Shown: positions 11,732-22,756 of the stretch, piece by piece | Position numbering within the stretch: the stretch's first letter is position 1 | Layout: each line of letters starts with the position of its first letter | NCBI GenBank assembly: GCA_008632985.1 | Contig: QPGO01000019.1 | Span: forward strand, 620,001-684,000 | DNA length: 64,000 nt | Source of the DNA: Psammoneis japonica | Lineage: Eukaryota | Direction: 5' to 3' | The notes under the pieces: model-generated | The model's input: the letters and a program-made list of their open reading frames with translations, nothing else | What the model was told of the DNA's origin: nothing | Database searches by the model: none | Position numbers and translations under genes: made by a program

Positions 11732-11810
11732 CGGGTTCACATCTTTGCCCACCCTCAGCTCCGCTTCTGGCCCAACCCCTTGTCACTTGTCGGCGCTCCA
11801 AGAGTGGCAG

Positions 11811-12236
11811 ATCGGAGGCGGTCTCTGTTGCTGGTGAGCCAAAAGAGGGCAAGATGCCCCAGCAAAGCGCTGACACCACCAACTGCCACCTCCCAACTAC
11901 AGTGGGACGCACCCCCCAGCAATGTTGGTGGCAATCAGCCATTGCAGCAGCACAGGGGGAAGGACAGACGCATCCACCTCCCACCGCACGCAGCCTTGAA
12001 CGAACCTGAATGCCAATGGCATTCTTTGCAACTCGTCGCCGCCTGTCGAGGCCGCAGTGGCAGTTGTGACTTTTTGACCCTCCACTCCCACCCAGTGCCG
12101 CCTCATCGGAGGTGGTCTCTGTTGCTGGTGAGCCAAAAGAGGGCAAGATACCCTAGTGAAGCGCTGACACCACCAACTGCCGCCTCCCAACTATAGTGGG
12201 ACGCACCCCCCAGCAGCGTTGGTGGCGAACAGCCAT
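11811..12236 (+). repeat. 3' split repeats B1-A2-B2
   Basis: B1 11811-11942 and B2 12105-12236 are 132-bp direct repeats flanking A2. Confidence 0.93.
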
Positions 12237-12766
12237 GGATACATGAGTGATGAGCGTGGATGTGCGTTCGTCGTCCGTCATTCAAAGCTAACCACCCGCA
12301 ACCCGCAACCACTAGAGAGTAGCTTGGAAACTGCGCATTGGGCATCTTTAGAGTTGCTCTCTAGAGAAGTAAGTTACACATCACCGGTCCTTTTGTTAAG
12401 TGTGGCTCTGGAATTCTAGACTGTCGGCTGCGAGGAAACGGGCAGAAGAAAAAAATGTGATGACAACAGGGAACAAGGAAGATTTTGAAGGATGCGCAAG
12501 TGCGGAAAAAAAACTGCAGCAAAGTCACTTGTCATCTCCCAGAAGACCTCTACTCTAGAGAGTAGTTCTTCCACTCCCTCTCTAGATACAGTAGAGTAGA
12601 GCTGGGTAGCGTCATCAGACCCAATTCAACATTTTGTGTGCACATGAGTGAAACACTGCTAGCTAGTGGAGTTCTCACAAAAATCATTATCATTCTACTA
12701 CAATTATAAAGCATCATACGTCCAATTCACAAACAAGCAAATACTGCGGGATTTGATTCATCCCGT

Positions 12767-13981
12767 TTACTCCTCACGATAGTCACACTTTAAAATAAAG
12801 ACCCCATGAGAGTTACCGGTAAGAGCACCCAAGGCATATCCAAGAACCAAGTCCCCGTCCTTTGGACTCTTCTCGGATAATTCTAGACGATGATGCAAGG
12901 CGCATCCAACCGAAGTGCCCGCCAGATTGCCAAACTTGGATCCAATAACAGACGTCTTGTCGGCGCATTTGAAATGATCACACACCATGTTGATGACTTT
13001 GGGGTTAGCCTGATGAAACACAATGTGTTGAAAAGATTTCAACGAGTAACCATACTTGGCCCTCAAGGAAGTAAGCCAATAACGAAGACTGTCTGGTATA
13101 GCCTCGGGGCCTTTTGGGTTGAGGCAGAACACATCCATCGGATCACCGCCATCGTCGAGGTTAATAGAACCGCGCGACGAAATGAATAGATCGGGATCAC
13201 AAACAATGTCTGCATCCAGCAGCTTGTAGGTGCGCTTTGGTAGGTTTTTCGTCGAGGTGGACAAAATGCAGGAGAAGGCTGCGTCTCCAAAAATGACGCA
13301 GTTGATCCACCGGAGAAGGTTGTTGTCCTTGCAGAGGGCCTGCCTGTGTCTCTCTTCGACTCCAAACTTGGAAGTGCAGTTGCTAATCACAATCGCGACG
13401 TTGGTGTTCTCTGGTGACTGAAGAAGCTGATTGGCCATCCTGAGTGCGTGAACCAATGCCGGGCAACCATAAGGCAAAATAATGAGCTGGAGTCTCTTGG
13501 AGAGCTTGGGGTATCGCTTGTACCAGTCAATGCCAGCTTGATTGAAATAGACATTGTCCACCGTACAGGAAACGTAGATCAACACGTCAATATCTTCCAC
13601 CTTGGTCTGCGCTTTCTCCAAGGCCTCATCAAAGCTGCGGAACATGAGCTCTTCCTCCGTGATTTCGCCGTCAAACTGCATTTCCTCGGGAGGGACACGG
13701 CCCTCCATCCCTTCTGGCTTCCTTCCTATAGCAATGTGCGTCATGTTTAGGTATCGAACAGCCCAGTCATCGGCTAATCCTTTGCCATTTTTTGGGTTGT
13801 GAATCCCATACTGTTCACGAAGTCCCCGGCAAATAGTTTCCGTAGAGATACTGGCTCCTGGTACCCCATTAAAGCCCGGAATGGCGCTGGACATGCCACG
13901 AATGCGCACCGTTAGTTCGCCATCTGCCTGACCATGAGTCCTGCGCTTCGTTGATCGAGGTGCTCCACATATAAAGCGCAT
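12767..13981 (-). CDS. 3-oxoacyl-ACP synthase III (FabH/KAS III)-like condensing enzyme, intronless
   Basis: Cys-His-Asn triad motifs PYGCPALVHAL, IVFHQANPK, FGNLAGTSV; IFGDAA; first ATG at 13981. Confidence 0.8.
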   Translation of the reverse strand: MRFICGAPRSTKRRTHGQADGELTVRIRGMSSAIPGFNGVPGASISTETICRGLREQYGIHNPKNGKGLADDWAVRYLNMTHIAIGRKPEGMEGRVPPEEMQFDGEITEEELMFRSFDEALEKAQTKVEDIDVLIYVSCTVDNVYFNQAGIDWYKRYPKLSKRLQLIILPYGCPALVHALRMANQLLQSPENTNVAIVISNCTSKFGVEERHRQALCKDNNLLRWINCVIFGDAAFSCILSTSTKNLPKRTYKLLDADIVCDPDLFISSRGSINLDDGGDPMDVFCLNPKGPEAIPDSLRYWLTSLRAKYGYSLKSFQHIVFHQANPKVINMVCDHFKCADKTSVIGSKFGNLAGTSVGCALHHRLELSEKSPKDGDLVLGYALGALTGNSHGVFILKCDYREE

Positions 13982-15045
13982 GCTGGATGAGTAGTCTACG
14001 TTCGAAACGTTCAAGAGTACAAAAAGGACGACTACTGACTGCTGACTGCAGAGTAGGGGTAGAAAATATCACAGAAAAGATGTAACCGTTCGCAAAAATA
14101 AATTTGAAAATTGGGTGTCTTGTGGTCGTCTGTGTCGGTCGTGTGAAGAAAAAAAGATCGGGTTCAACGGTCATTGCCAAATTTCAAAATTTTAAAATCA
14201 CTGAGTATACGAAAACAAGACGAAAAGAAATCGAAATACTTCTATTCCCATCTAAAAGTCTGAATAGTTTTATATGTAATACTCATTGTAGGTAGTTTTA
14301 CGCGCCAAAACGAAAAATTTAAATTGCTGTATATGCAGTAGCGATAATTTTAATATATTTCGTAATTTTGTGACTGGATATTTCTGAATAGAAGAATTCA
14401 ACCCATATTCCCAAGATTTACAATGTTAATGTAGTTCTTTAAAGCATGGTTATCAACATTGATTTCGATTTTGTCTTTCCCGCGCAAATTTTCAACACCC
14501 GCCAATCCCTCTGCACACACGACCCATGGAATTGCGGGCTGGTTCATTATTCGGATTATTCGCATGGATGCCTTCAAGCTAGCTTCAAGTACCATAGAAA
14601 GAGAAGATATTTTTTGCACTTACAGTATTCGTTCCTCGCTCCTGGGTCCCTTGCTGCTTACAAAGTTCTTAGTTATATCGAATGCCTCATTACTTCTACC
14701 TATATCTACAGAGCATTGTATATCCACGGCTCTCCATGAAACCCGGGAAATGTATCACACCTTGCCTTGTAGTTTGCTTTTCGCTCCCATTTCAATCTAG
14801 CTTGAGTGCACTCGCTACTAGGAGCACTGTAGCTTGGTATTTAACTCTAAGCTCTAGAGCTAATTTTGATGCTATCTACTACGATGTTCACTACTCCCGT
14901 GATGCTGCACCTCATTTCACGCGATTGGAAACGACGATTGTTTAGAAGGGGTGTGTGCTTTGACTGGCGCAAAGGCGTGCACGAGCAGAACTGAATAGTA
15001 TTGCCAAATGCATCATCTCAGCACCAATAAGTATTCGAAAATATA

Positions 15046-15951
15046 TCAGTTACCGGTCTCGGGCAGTGGAAACGCAATCGGCCACGTTTCATTCTTCCCA
15101 CCAAAGCGAGTCGGTAAGTTCTCTTCAGAGATATACTTTAGCAACCTTTTCTTGTCCTTGTCACTGTGGGCGGGATTGATAAAAGCGATCCTTTCGACTA
15201 CCCGCTTTGGACACATTGGACGAAAAACTCTCCAGGGAATCTGGATCCAAACCGGAGCGTTGCAAACAAACAGGCTCTGAAGCATCTGAGGATAGAAATT
15301 TTCCATCGTGTGATTGACCTCAGCGTCGCGTCTACCCATCTCATAGCTAAGGCCCGACAAACGTGTCCCTTCCAGATTGAGCAGACGAACACTCTTGGTT
15401 AACCGACCTGTAGTTCGGGTCACATAGTCGCACCACTGGTGTGTCCACTCCGCAATGTACATAAAGTAAGGAAACAAAACATCTTTAGACACGTTTTTGA
15501 CCAAGGCATGTTGGTCAACCAGAGCGAGAGTGAGCACTGCAATCACACCCATTTGAGGATCCGGAACTGCAAACCTGACTGCAGCTTCGGGGCAGTATTC
15601 AAGGTATTGTTTCACTGCTTCAGATGGGCAATCCTTTCCGACAGGATGAGCTCGGATGTCCGTTTCGTCGAGCTTGTTTTCATGACGAAAGTGCAACGTT
15701 TCTTTTGCAGCCTCGATAGACTTCTTTACTTTCATCTTGTGACTCAGTAGGAAGCGCAAGGTCCACAGATCATCGTGCTTGCGCGTGTCGTAAAGCGGGT
15801 CTTCGACTAGTGCTTTACTGACTTGGTCGATTCCAATTCGATGCTTTTCAATGAGATCTCTCACGGTTGGTCGATCATCTTGATTGTGAACCGGAGGAAT
15901 GGGGTCAGAGACAGCGGTACCGATACCTTTCATCCACGGCCAAGACGTCAT
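15046..15951 (-). CDS. CRAL-TRIO (Sec14-like) lipid-binding protein
   Basis: DDLWTLRFLLSHK, ENFYPQMLQSLFVCNAP, ISEENLPTRFGG motifs; start at MTSWPW inferred. Confidence 0.82.
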   Translation of the reverse strand: MTSWPWMKGIGTAVSDPIPPVHNQDDRPTVRDLIEKHRIGIDQVSKALVEDPLYDTRKHDDLWTLRFLLSHKMKVKKSIEAAKETLHFRHENKLDETDIRAHPVGKDCPSEAVKQYLEYCPEAAVRFAVPDPQMGVIAVLTLALVDQHALVKNVSKDVLFPYFMYIAEWTHQWCDYVTRTTGRLTKSVRLLNLEGTRLSGLSYEMGRRDAEVNHTMENFYPQMLQSLFVCNAPVWIQIPWRVFRPMCPKRVVERIAFINPAHSDKDKKRLLKYISEENLPTRFGGKNETWPIAFPLPETGN

Positions 15952-17069
15952 GATGTGAAAGTGATGTGAAACTGAAAAATAGAAAAACGGGAGAACATAA
16001 AATAATGAGGGACCCCATAACCCACATAACCCGCCCGCCGCCGCGCACACCATCCACCTCGTGCGTTACGACCCTAACTTTTTCCGTACCCACGCGGTTT
16101 CGCGCGATTGCCCTATTTAAACAAAATTTTCAATTATGAAGAATACCAACATAAATAACAAAACTTTTCTATTCAAATAAATACAAATAAATGTGTGCTG
16201 TTTCGACCGTGACAGTTTTGTCTAATGGCATTACAAGCCCTATCATAGGACAGACTTTGGACCTGTAGTTTGGACAATTGCGAAGAGATCCGTGCCATAT
16301 ACACAACCGGACGACACATCTGAATGGACTATGGCAATAGGGTGCAAAAAAGTGACGGACAGACGCATACATACTGGGGACGTATGTAGACACCATGGAA
16401 GAGTGACTTTTGGCGATAATTTCCGAAATCTTCTGTCCTATTCAAAGTTTTGCATTATGCATAGGTTTTGTCAGCAGGGCTGTGCACCCTGCTTCATAAG
16501 TGTCTAAACTAAATGTCTATGGGTCGAAATGTGTTTTAAGCCGAGTCATTCTTCTGAAGCTGCTGACAAAGAGGAAAGGCAACATTTTCTATTCAAATAA
16601 TATAACACCAGGAAATATGTGATTAAATATATAAATAATAATGAAATAACAATTAGGGTCTGCGGGAAATCGCGGATTGAGGCGAAAAACGCAAAAAATC
16701 TATAGCAGAAATGTTAGAAGTAGTGTGATGACACATTGCATCTAGCAGTAGCACCGGTGCGATTTCAGCCTAGAGATTATGAACTGTGCTGTTTTACAAA
16801 AAGAGAACAGTGCCCAGGCCTTTATAGAAATACTCATCATTGCTTTTGAGGTTGCCTTGCGCACTGTCATGTTCTCAGAATCGGAAACTGCGGCATGTCG
16901 TGAAAGCCGTCGAGTCCCTGCGCCGTCGCCGAGCATTGGTGCTGTGCCAGGCTTGACACCTTCAACTGGTGGGTGCCAATTTGCCATGGATGGCACCAAC
17001 TTTGGTTCACCATCTGTTCGCAGGGCTGGAACAAAGAAAAACAATGTTTCCAAAGAAAATTGTTCTGTC

Positions 17070-18072
17070 CAATTGTAGATCCTTGTAATCTGCGTTAAAA
17101 AGTGGTTCACCATTTTGAATTGCAAGCTGTGTTATGACAGCTACAGCCTGAAATACATCGGCATGCTTCGACAGTGGTTTGTGGCGAAACCTTTTCTCCA
17201 GAATTGCCCAATTTTTGAAGCGTTCGTGCACGTCTCCTGTCGATTGAGAGCACGCCTCTGCATTTCTTCCATCTCCTTCGGGTTTGCAAAACTGCTGGGG
17301 CACTTAACATGGATGGGGGACTCACCCACACACCCATCGTCAGCCTCCATGCGTTCCCCTTGTCCAGTTCCGTCTTCAATGCCGATCGAAAAATGTCCAA
17401 GTCGTTGTGCACACCGGGCGCAAAGGGCCCATTAATCCACACAATGTGACCGGTCAAAATGCATGCTGCACTTCGTAACGAAGTCCGCAGTCATTGAATT
17501 TATGAGAGTAAAACTTCCTGCCGTGATTCGGGACACGAAAGTCTGTTCCGTCCACAGCAACTGGACAATCGTTTCCGACGTCACCAGTGCGGCGATTCTC
17601 CCAAATCATCTGGGCAGAACAAACAACAACACAAATGATGCGGGTGAGAATCAATTTTTTGAAAAATGTGGAAATGTTGTCGCAATTGGGCACTCACCAA
17701 GCATGGCTCGAGCAATGCAATGGCCTTGATCATTGGCCACTTCCATGTTCGGAAAGTTTTTTCGTCGACTCCCCCAGCTTTGCCGGCAAGGTCAGTTTCC
17801 TTGCCATCAGATTTCAAAAAATTAAGTGCCCACAGCATGTGGCAGGCATTTGCTCCGTGGGGCAGCACGTCGTGGTGGACGAGGAGGTTCCACAGCGCGA
17901 GAGCCACGATTGGGCCGCAACCAAAAAACTCACGAAAACGCCTGTCCTCGGTCATTGTGGCGCCAAACTTCTTGTCACCTCTGTTCATCATTCCACGCCC
18001 CAAATTCATGAGGTCCTGCAGTCCGAGGGCAAGCCAGCGCATCCTCTTTTTATCTGGTTGAAAAGCGGCCAT
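17070..18072 (-). pseudogene. Harbinger DDE transposase (DDE_Tnp_4-like), one intron (~17610-17696), about three frameshifts
   Basis: FREFFGC, VDEKTFRTWKW, VAVDGTDF, YSHKF..GLRYEV, TGHIVWINGP, EADDG(C)VGE, ERFKNWAIL..RFRH motifs across frames; 3' end approximate. Confidence 0.85.
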
Positions 18073-18842
18073 GGCGAGTGGTGGGCCGGAGCAAAACAAT
18101 GTTGTCTCAGTGTGAAGCATGAAGCGCAACAACAAAATCTCAATGATTGGTGGGACTGGGATGTCTTCCAGTGTGGACCGTAGCAGTGCCACTGCGCGGT
18201 GCGCACGTGGGACACTGCCTCCATGATGCGCAGATCTCTCGTTTAGCTGGGTGCGTGACGTGATGCAGTTGGATGTTTTTGTAGCTCTTGCGCAGAAAAG
18301 ACGCTTTTTTTTTTAGGCGAGCTCACGCGTTTTCTGCCACACATTTTTAGAAAGTGTGACAAAACTTTGGCTCAACGGAAAGTTGTGGCCACAGACATTT
18401 TGCTGCACATCCGGGTTTCTTCTTCAATCCCACAGGATTCTCAGTGCACTTTCTACACGAGCTTAGAGAATCCGGATGTACAGCGAAAAACTGTGACCAA
18501 AGCTTTACATCCGGGTCTTTGTGTGACGTAGCTGCCAGCAGTGATTCTACGTAACATCCGGGTTACATGCAAAGCCAAAGTTGCGCCATCAAAGTTTTTT
18601 GTCGAAAAGCTGTGACGCAACCAAATAGCCCACATAATCAGGGGCCCAAAAATGTGTGATAAAAATGTCATTTTCACGAGTTCGTTGTAGAGATGTGCTA
18701 GAGATCGCGCCATTTGTCCGTTGGTGTCGGTCTTGTTGATCGATCGTTTCAGAAAAACCAAAGCAGCTCTGCTGTTTGCTGTTCACACGGCACACTCAAC
18801 ACGGCCCACAACCCACAACAGGAGGAAGCCACGACGAATGCC

Positions 18843-20159
18843 ATGAGCAACGGCAGCTCTGCTCGTTGGACGAAAGAACACAACAAAAGGCTTGTGGAGC
18901 TTGTCAAAGCTGGCAAGATTGATCCGCAGCTCATTGACTTGCAACACGTCAAGAAGGCACACGAGAAGCACTTCAGTGACCTTCTGAAGTGTCAGACTTT
19001 CGCTCAGCAGTGCCGCAAGAAGTGCAAGCAGTTGGAAGTCGACGAACTTCTTGCAGGCAGGCGGAAGCAAGGCAAGCACCACAACAATGCCATTCTTGCT
19101 TGTTTTGTTATTCTTGTGCTCGTGCCATCGTCTGCCGGTGTCTGCTTTGATTGCACGACTTGCCACAGGCACCAAGCGACGCACCGAGGAAGAAGTGAAA
19201 GACCAAGAGGAGTCGAGCAAGGAAGAGGAAACCGAAGACGAATCCTCAGAAGACAAAGGCGCACACTCAAGTGACGAGGAATTTGGCACCAGCATGCCGG
19301 GCAAGACAAAGACCACCCCCAAGAAGTCCCAAGACGTGAACAACGACCTCGCATCAAAGTTCAAGTCGTCTGCTGTGATTTCGTCTTCTGGCAAGAAGAA
19401 GGTGGGGAGCAACAAGAAGGCAGACGCCTTTGTGAAGAAGGGAGCGATGACTCGTGAGTGTGGCTACTTTTTCTTAGCGTCTCCGTGGGCGGCGTCCGAC
19501 AAGCGCATGCACGTGACCGTGGATGTCCTTGTTCCGCCTTTCGCCACGTCACACTGGCACCCGAAGGTGTCTGATTGCGGCACCAAGGTGATCATCAATG
19601 AGCGCATCCCTTCTTGGATGTTTAGGAAGGATCGTGTGTGCAAATCTGTTCTCACTTCTAGGCTCTCTCTACAGAAGACCAAGTCCTGAAGGAAAGCGGA
19701 ATCGAGCAAGCCGGACAGGCGCTGCTCAAGTCTCAAGGCGTTGAAGAGACTGTTGGCAACGGCAAATGCCGCATGGTTCTCTACCGCCCCCACACTGTTC
19801 GCCTTCCATTCCCCTGTGAGAGTGATTTTTATTCTGCAAGCAGCAAGGCCGGTTGGAAGCTCGAAGCATTTGTCCATGACAACGAAGAACTTGTGGAGCA
19901 GGCGCAAGGTCACATGCTCCTTTCGATGGAGCTGGTGGCGGTGGAGAAGCCACTAGAAGAGGGCAAGGCAGTTGAAAGGATCAAGTTTCTTGGTCAGTCC
20001 CCTCTAGATGCTGCAATTGCCAAGAAGGAAGCGAGGCGCAGTCGTGAGGCACAGTGCGGACGTGCAGCGGCGGCGGGAGAGCACGTCAGCGGCTGTGATG
20101 ACATGGACTCCGATTCGGACAGTGAGGGCAACCTCAAAGATGATGATGATTACTTGTAG
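18843..20159 (+). pseudogene. Harbinger ORF2, putative Myb/SANT-like DNA-binding partner, with a likely intron 19072-19168 and frameshifts
   Basis: N-terminal ARWTKEHNKRLVELVKAG helix motif, acidic linker, position inside the TIRs opposite the transposase; splicing joins RRKQ to GTKRR. Confidence 0.65.
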
Positions 20160-20586
20160 GCATTGTTCTGTTTTTCTAAATAGCACAGTTTGTAATCTCT
20201 AGCCTGACATTGTAGATGCAATTGGCTTCGATGGCTTGGGCCTACCTGGCAGGCGTCCGTAAGATAAGTAAGACCGGACCCGCATTCGTCACATTTCTGC
20301 AAGATTTATGTGCGTTTTTCGCCTCAATCCGCGATTTCCCGCAGACCCTTACACTTGAGAGTTAAAAATTAGAGAAAATACCGGGACAAAAAATGTTGTC
20401 CTCAATAATATGACTCTGCTACATAGAGGTTGAAATGATATTCGCCATGATGATCTACATTATTTGTGTACAACGCCCAGAGATGACTTTTATTTTTTCG
20501 AAAATTCATCGGAACGAAATGACGAAACAGAAACAGCACCAAATTTACCACATTGAAATCAAAACACGAGGCTTTATCTCCCCGCT

Positions 20587-22601
20587 ATGACAGCCGCTGA
20601 GGAAGAAATTGAAGTTGACTTGGAGGAGCATGAAGAATTGGTTTTGGATAGTTTGGATGACACAGAGCACTCACGCGCTATCGAGTTGCCGAAACCGACA
20701 CCTGTGCATTTGGAGTACGGCGTGACCTTTTCTATTGAGACCGGTGAGAAGAAGAAGAAAGCGTTGTTGGAATGTGTTAAAGGAGAAGCAAAACCTGGTG
20801 ATTTAGTGGCCATAGTCGGAGCGTAAGTCGTTTCAACTTCGCTGATCAATTCGATGATAGCCATGACGGATCTTACTCATACATGCGCAGTTCTGGTGCA
20901 GGCAAGACCACACTCCTGACTGTTTTAGCGGGTCAAAAGTCTTCCTTTCGTGGCAGCGTATCCTTCAACGGCGTACCAATATATAAAGTACTGCAGAGCG
21001 AATCCCCTCTCTTTTGTTTCGTCCAACAAGAAGATTTATTCATCCCGAGCATCACTCCGCGGGAACACTTGATTTTCTCAGCACGTCTTCGTATTGACAG
21101 AAGCGTGTCTGACGAGGACAAACTCCGCCGTGTTGATGAGCTGTTGGAGGAATTAGGTCTAAAAAAGTGCGCAAACACTCCTATTGGAGGGGCCGGCGCA
21201 CTTGTCCGTGGACGGATCTCAGGTGGAGAACGAAAGCGTCTAAGCCTCGCGACAGAGCTCTTGTCGAATCCATCCGTTATCTTCACGGACGAACCCACGT
21301 CGGGTTTAGACAGCTTCATGGCTGAAACTGTGGTGGCAAAGCTTGGTAGCCTTGCTCGGGCGGGACATACGATCTTGGCAACGATTCATCAGCCATCCTC
21401 CTACGTCTTCTCTGCTTTTACAAAACTTCACTTGTTGTCGAATGGAAGAACCGCCTACTCAGGTACAACGTCAGGTGCCGTAGAATACTTTGCATCCATT
21501 GGAAAGCCGATCCCGCAATTCTTGAATCCAGCAGATTACTACATTAAGCTGCTGAGCATTCCAAGTGTCTCGGAGGAAGTCCTGGAAAAGTGGGAACAAA
21601 GAGCAATCGTTGAAGAAGATGCAAATTGCCATCGACGAAGCAAGCTCAGAAGGGCTTCGACTGTGAAGCTTATGCTCGCAAAGAAGAAATATGCTGTGTC
21701 CTGGTGTACACAATTCAATCAGCTCATGAAAAGGACAGTGTTGGCTTATAAGCGTGACGCAACACTCGGAAGGATTCGTCTGGGACAAACCGTTATAGTC
21801 GGCTTGGTGGTGGGGGCGATCTTTGCCATGCTTGGCAAATCCCCAATCAAGGCCGACAACGTCCAGTCAGTGAATGGTATTCTTTTCTTTTCTGTATTAA
21901 ATCAGAGTCTCCTTGGCTCAATAGGAGTGCTGCAGGTTTTCCCGCTTGAAAAGCCGATATTTTTGCGTGAAACATCGGCAAGTTCATACAAGACATCATC
22001 CTATTTCATGGCAAAATCCTTTGCAGAGTTTCCTTTCCAGGTGGTGTTCCCTTTTATTTTTGCAACCATTATTTACTTCTTAGTCGGTTTTGGTGCCGCC
22101 GGATCCGCCGGCTCCTACTTTACGTTCGTGTTGTTTGTTGTCTTGACGGCAGTTGCCGCAGTGAGTTTTGGATATTTCTTCGGGAGCATTGTTCCGAGCG
22201 TCGGACTAGCTCTGACTGTGGGTCCGTTATTTCTCATGGTAAGTTGTTATCTTTGTTGTATCTAGTCATTCTAGGAACGCATCGATCTGACGAATGTTTT
22301 CATTATGGGGTTGCAGCCGCTTATTATCTTCGGTGGGCTCTTTATGAATGTCGACCAAATTGATCCCTGGTTTGTGTGGATATCGTACCTGTCTTTTGTG
22401 CGTTATGGTTTTGAAGGAGTGATGATCGTGATTTGGGAGCAGGAAGGCGATCTTGGTCGCGCAGTTTTGGAATCATTTTCATGGAACGTCGACCACAAAT
22501 GGCGAAACGTTGGATGCCTAAGTGCACTCATTCTTGGTTCCCGAGTTCTGGCAATGGCAGCTCTCAAATTCCAGTCCGTGAACAAAACTAAAACGAGATG
22601 A
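20587..22601 (+). CDS. ABCG (White-like) half transporter; introns 20823-20890 and 22239-22316
   Basis: Walker A GASGAGKTT across intron 1, signature ISGGERKRL, Walker B IFTDEPTSGLDS, TIHQPS, then a multi-pass TM domain; GT-AG introns. Confidence 0.93.
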
Positions 22602-22756
22602 AAAAAATATGACACGGCAAAAAGCACTTCCGACTGGCGTTCTTCGAAAACTCAATTTATTATGATTTTGGATGCTGCAACACTGCTGCCGTGCTCTACT
22701 AAATAAGGAAGTTCCCATCCTACAAGTGGACCAAATTCAGTTTACAGCTAAACAGA

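Larger units (their letters stand above)
5867..12236 (+). mobile_element. Ngaro-like (DIRS order) tyrosine-recombinase retrotransposon, full length, inactivated
   Basis: Split direct repeats A1 (5867-6004) ... B1 (11811-11942), A2 (11941-12078), B2 (12105-12236); gag, RT-RNaseH and YR ORFs; shared AT core at both ends and at the B1/A2 junction. Confidence 0.93.
16656..20348. mobile_element. PIF/Harbinger DNA transposon, full length (3.7 kb), inactivated
   Basis: TIR GGGTCTGCGGGAAATCGCGGATTGAGGCGAAAAACGCA at both ends; TTA duplication at 16653-16655 and 20349-20351; divergent transposase and second ORF. Confidence 0.93.

Noticed and set aside
14398..14800. Short ORFs between the KAS III-like and CRAL-TRIO genes
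   Set aside because: No recognisable product; cannot distinguish from intergenic or decayed sequence.
16742..17125. Possible third ORF inside the Harbinger element
   Set aside because: Short, open on both strands in partly TA-depleted DNA, no recognisable domain.
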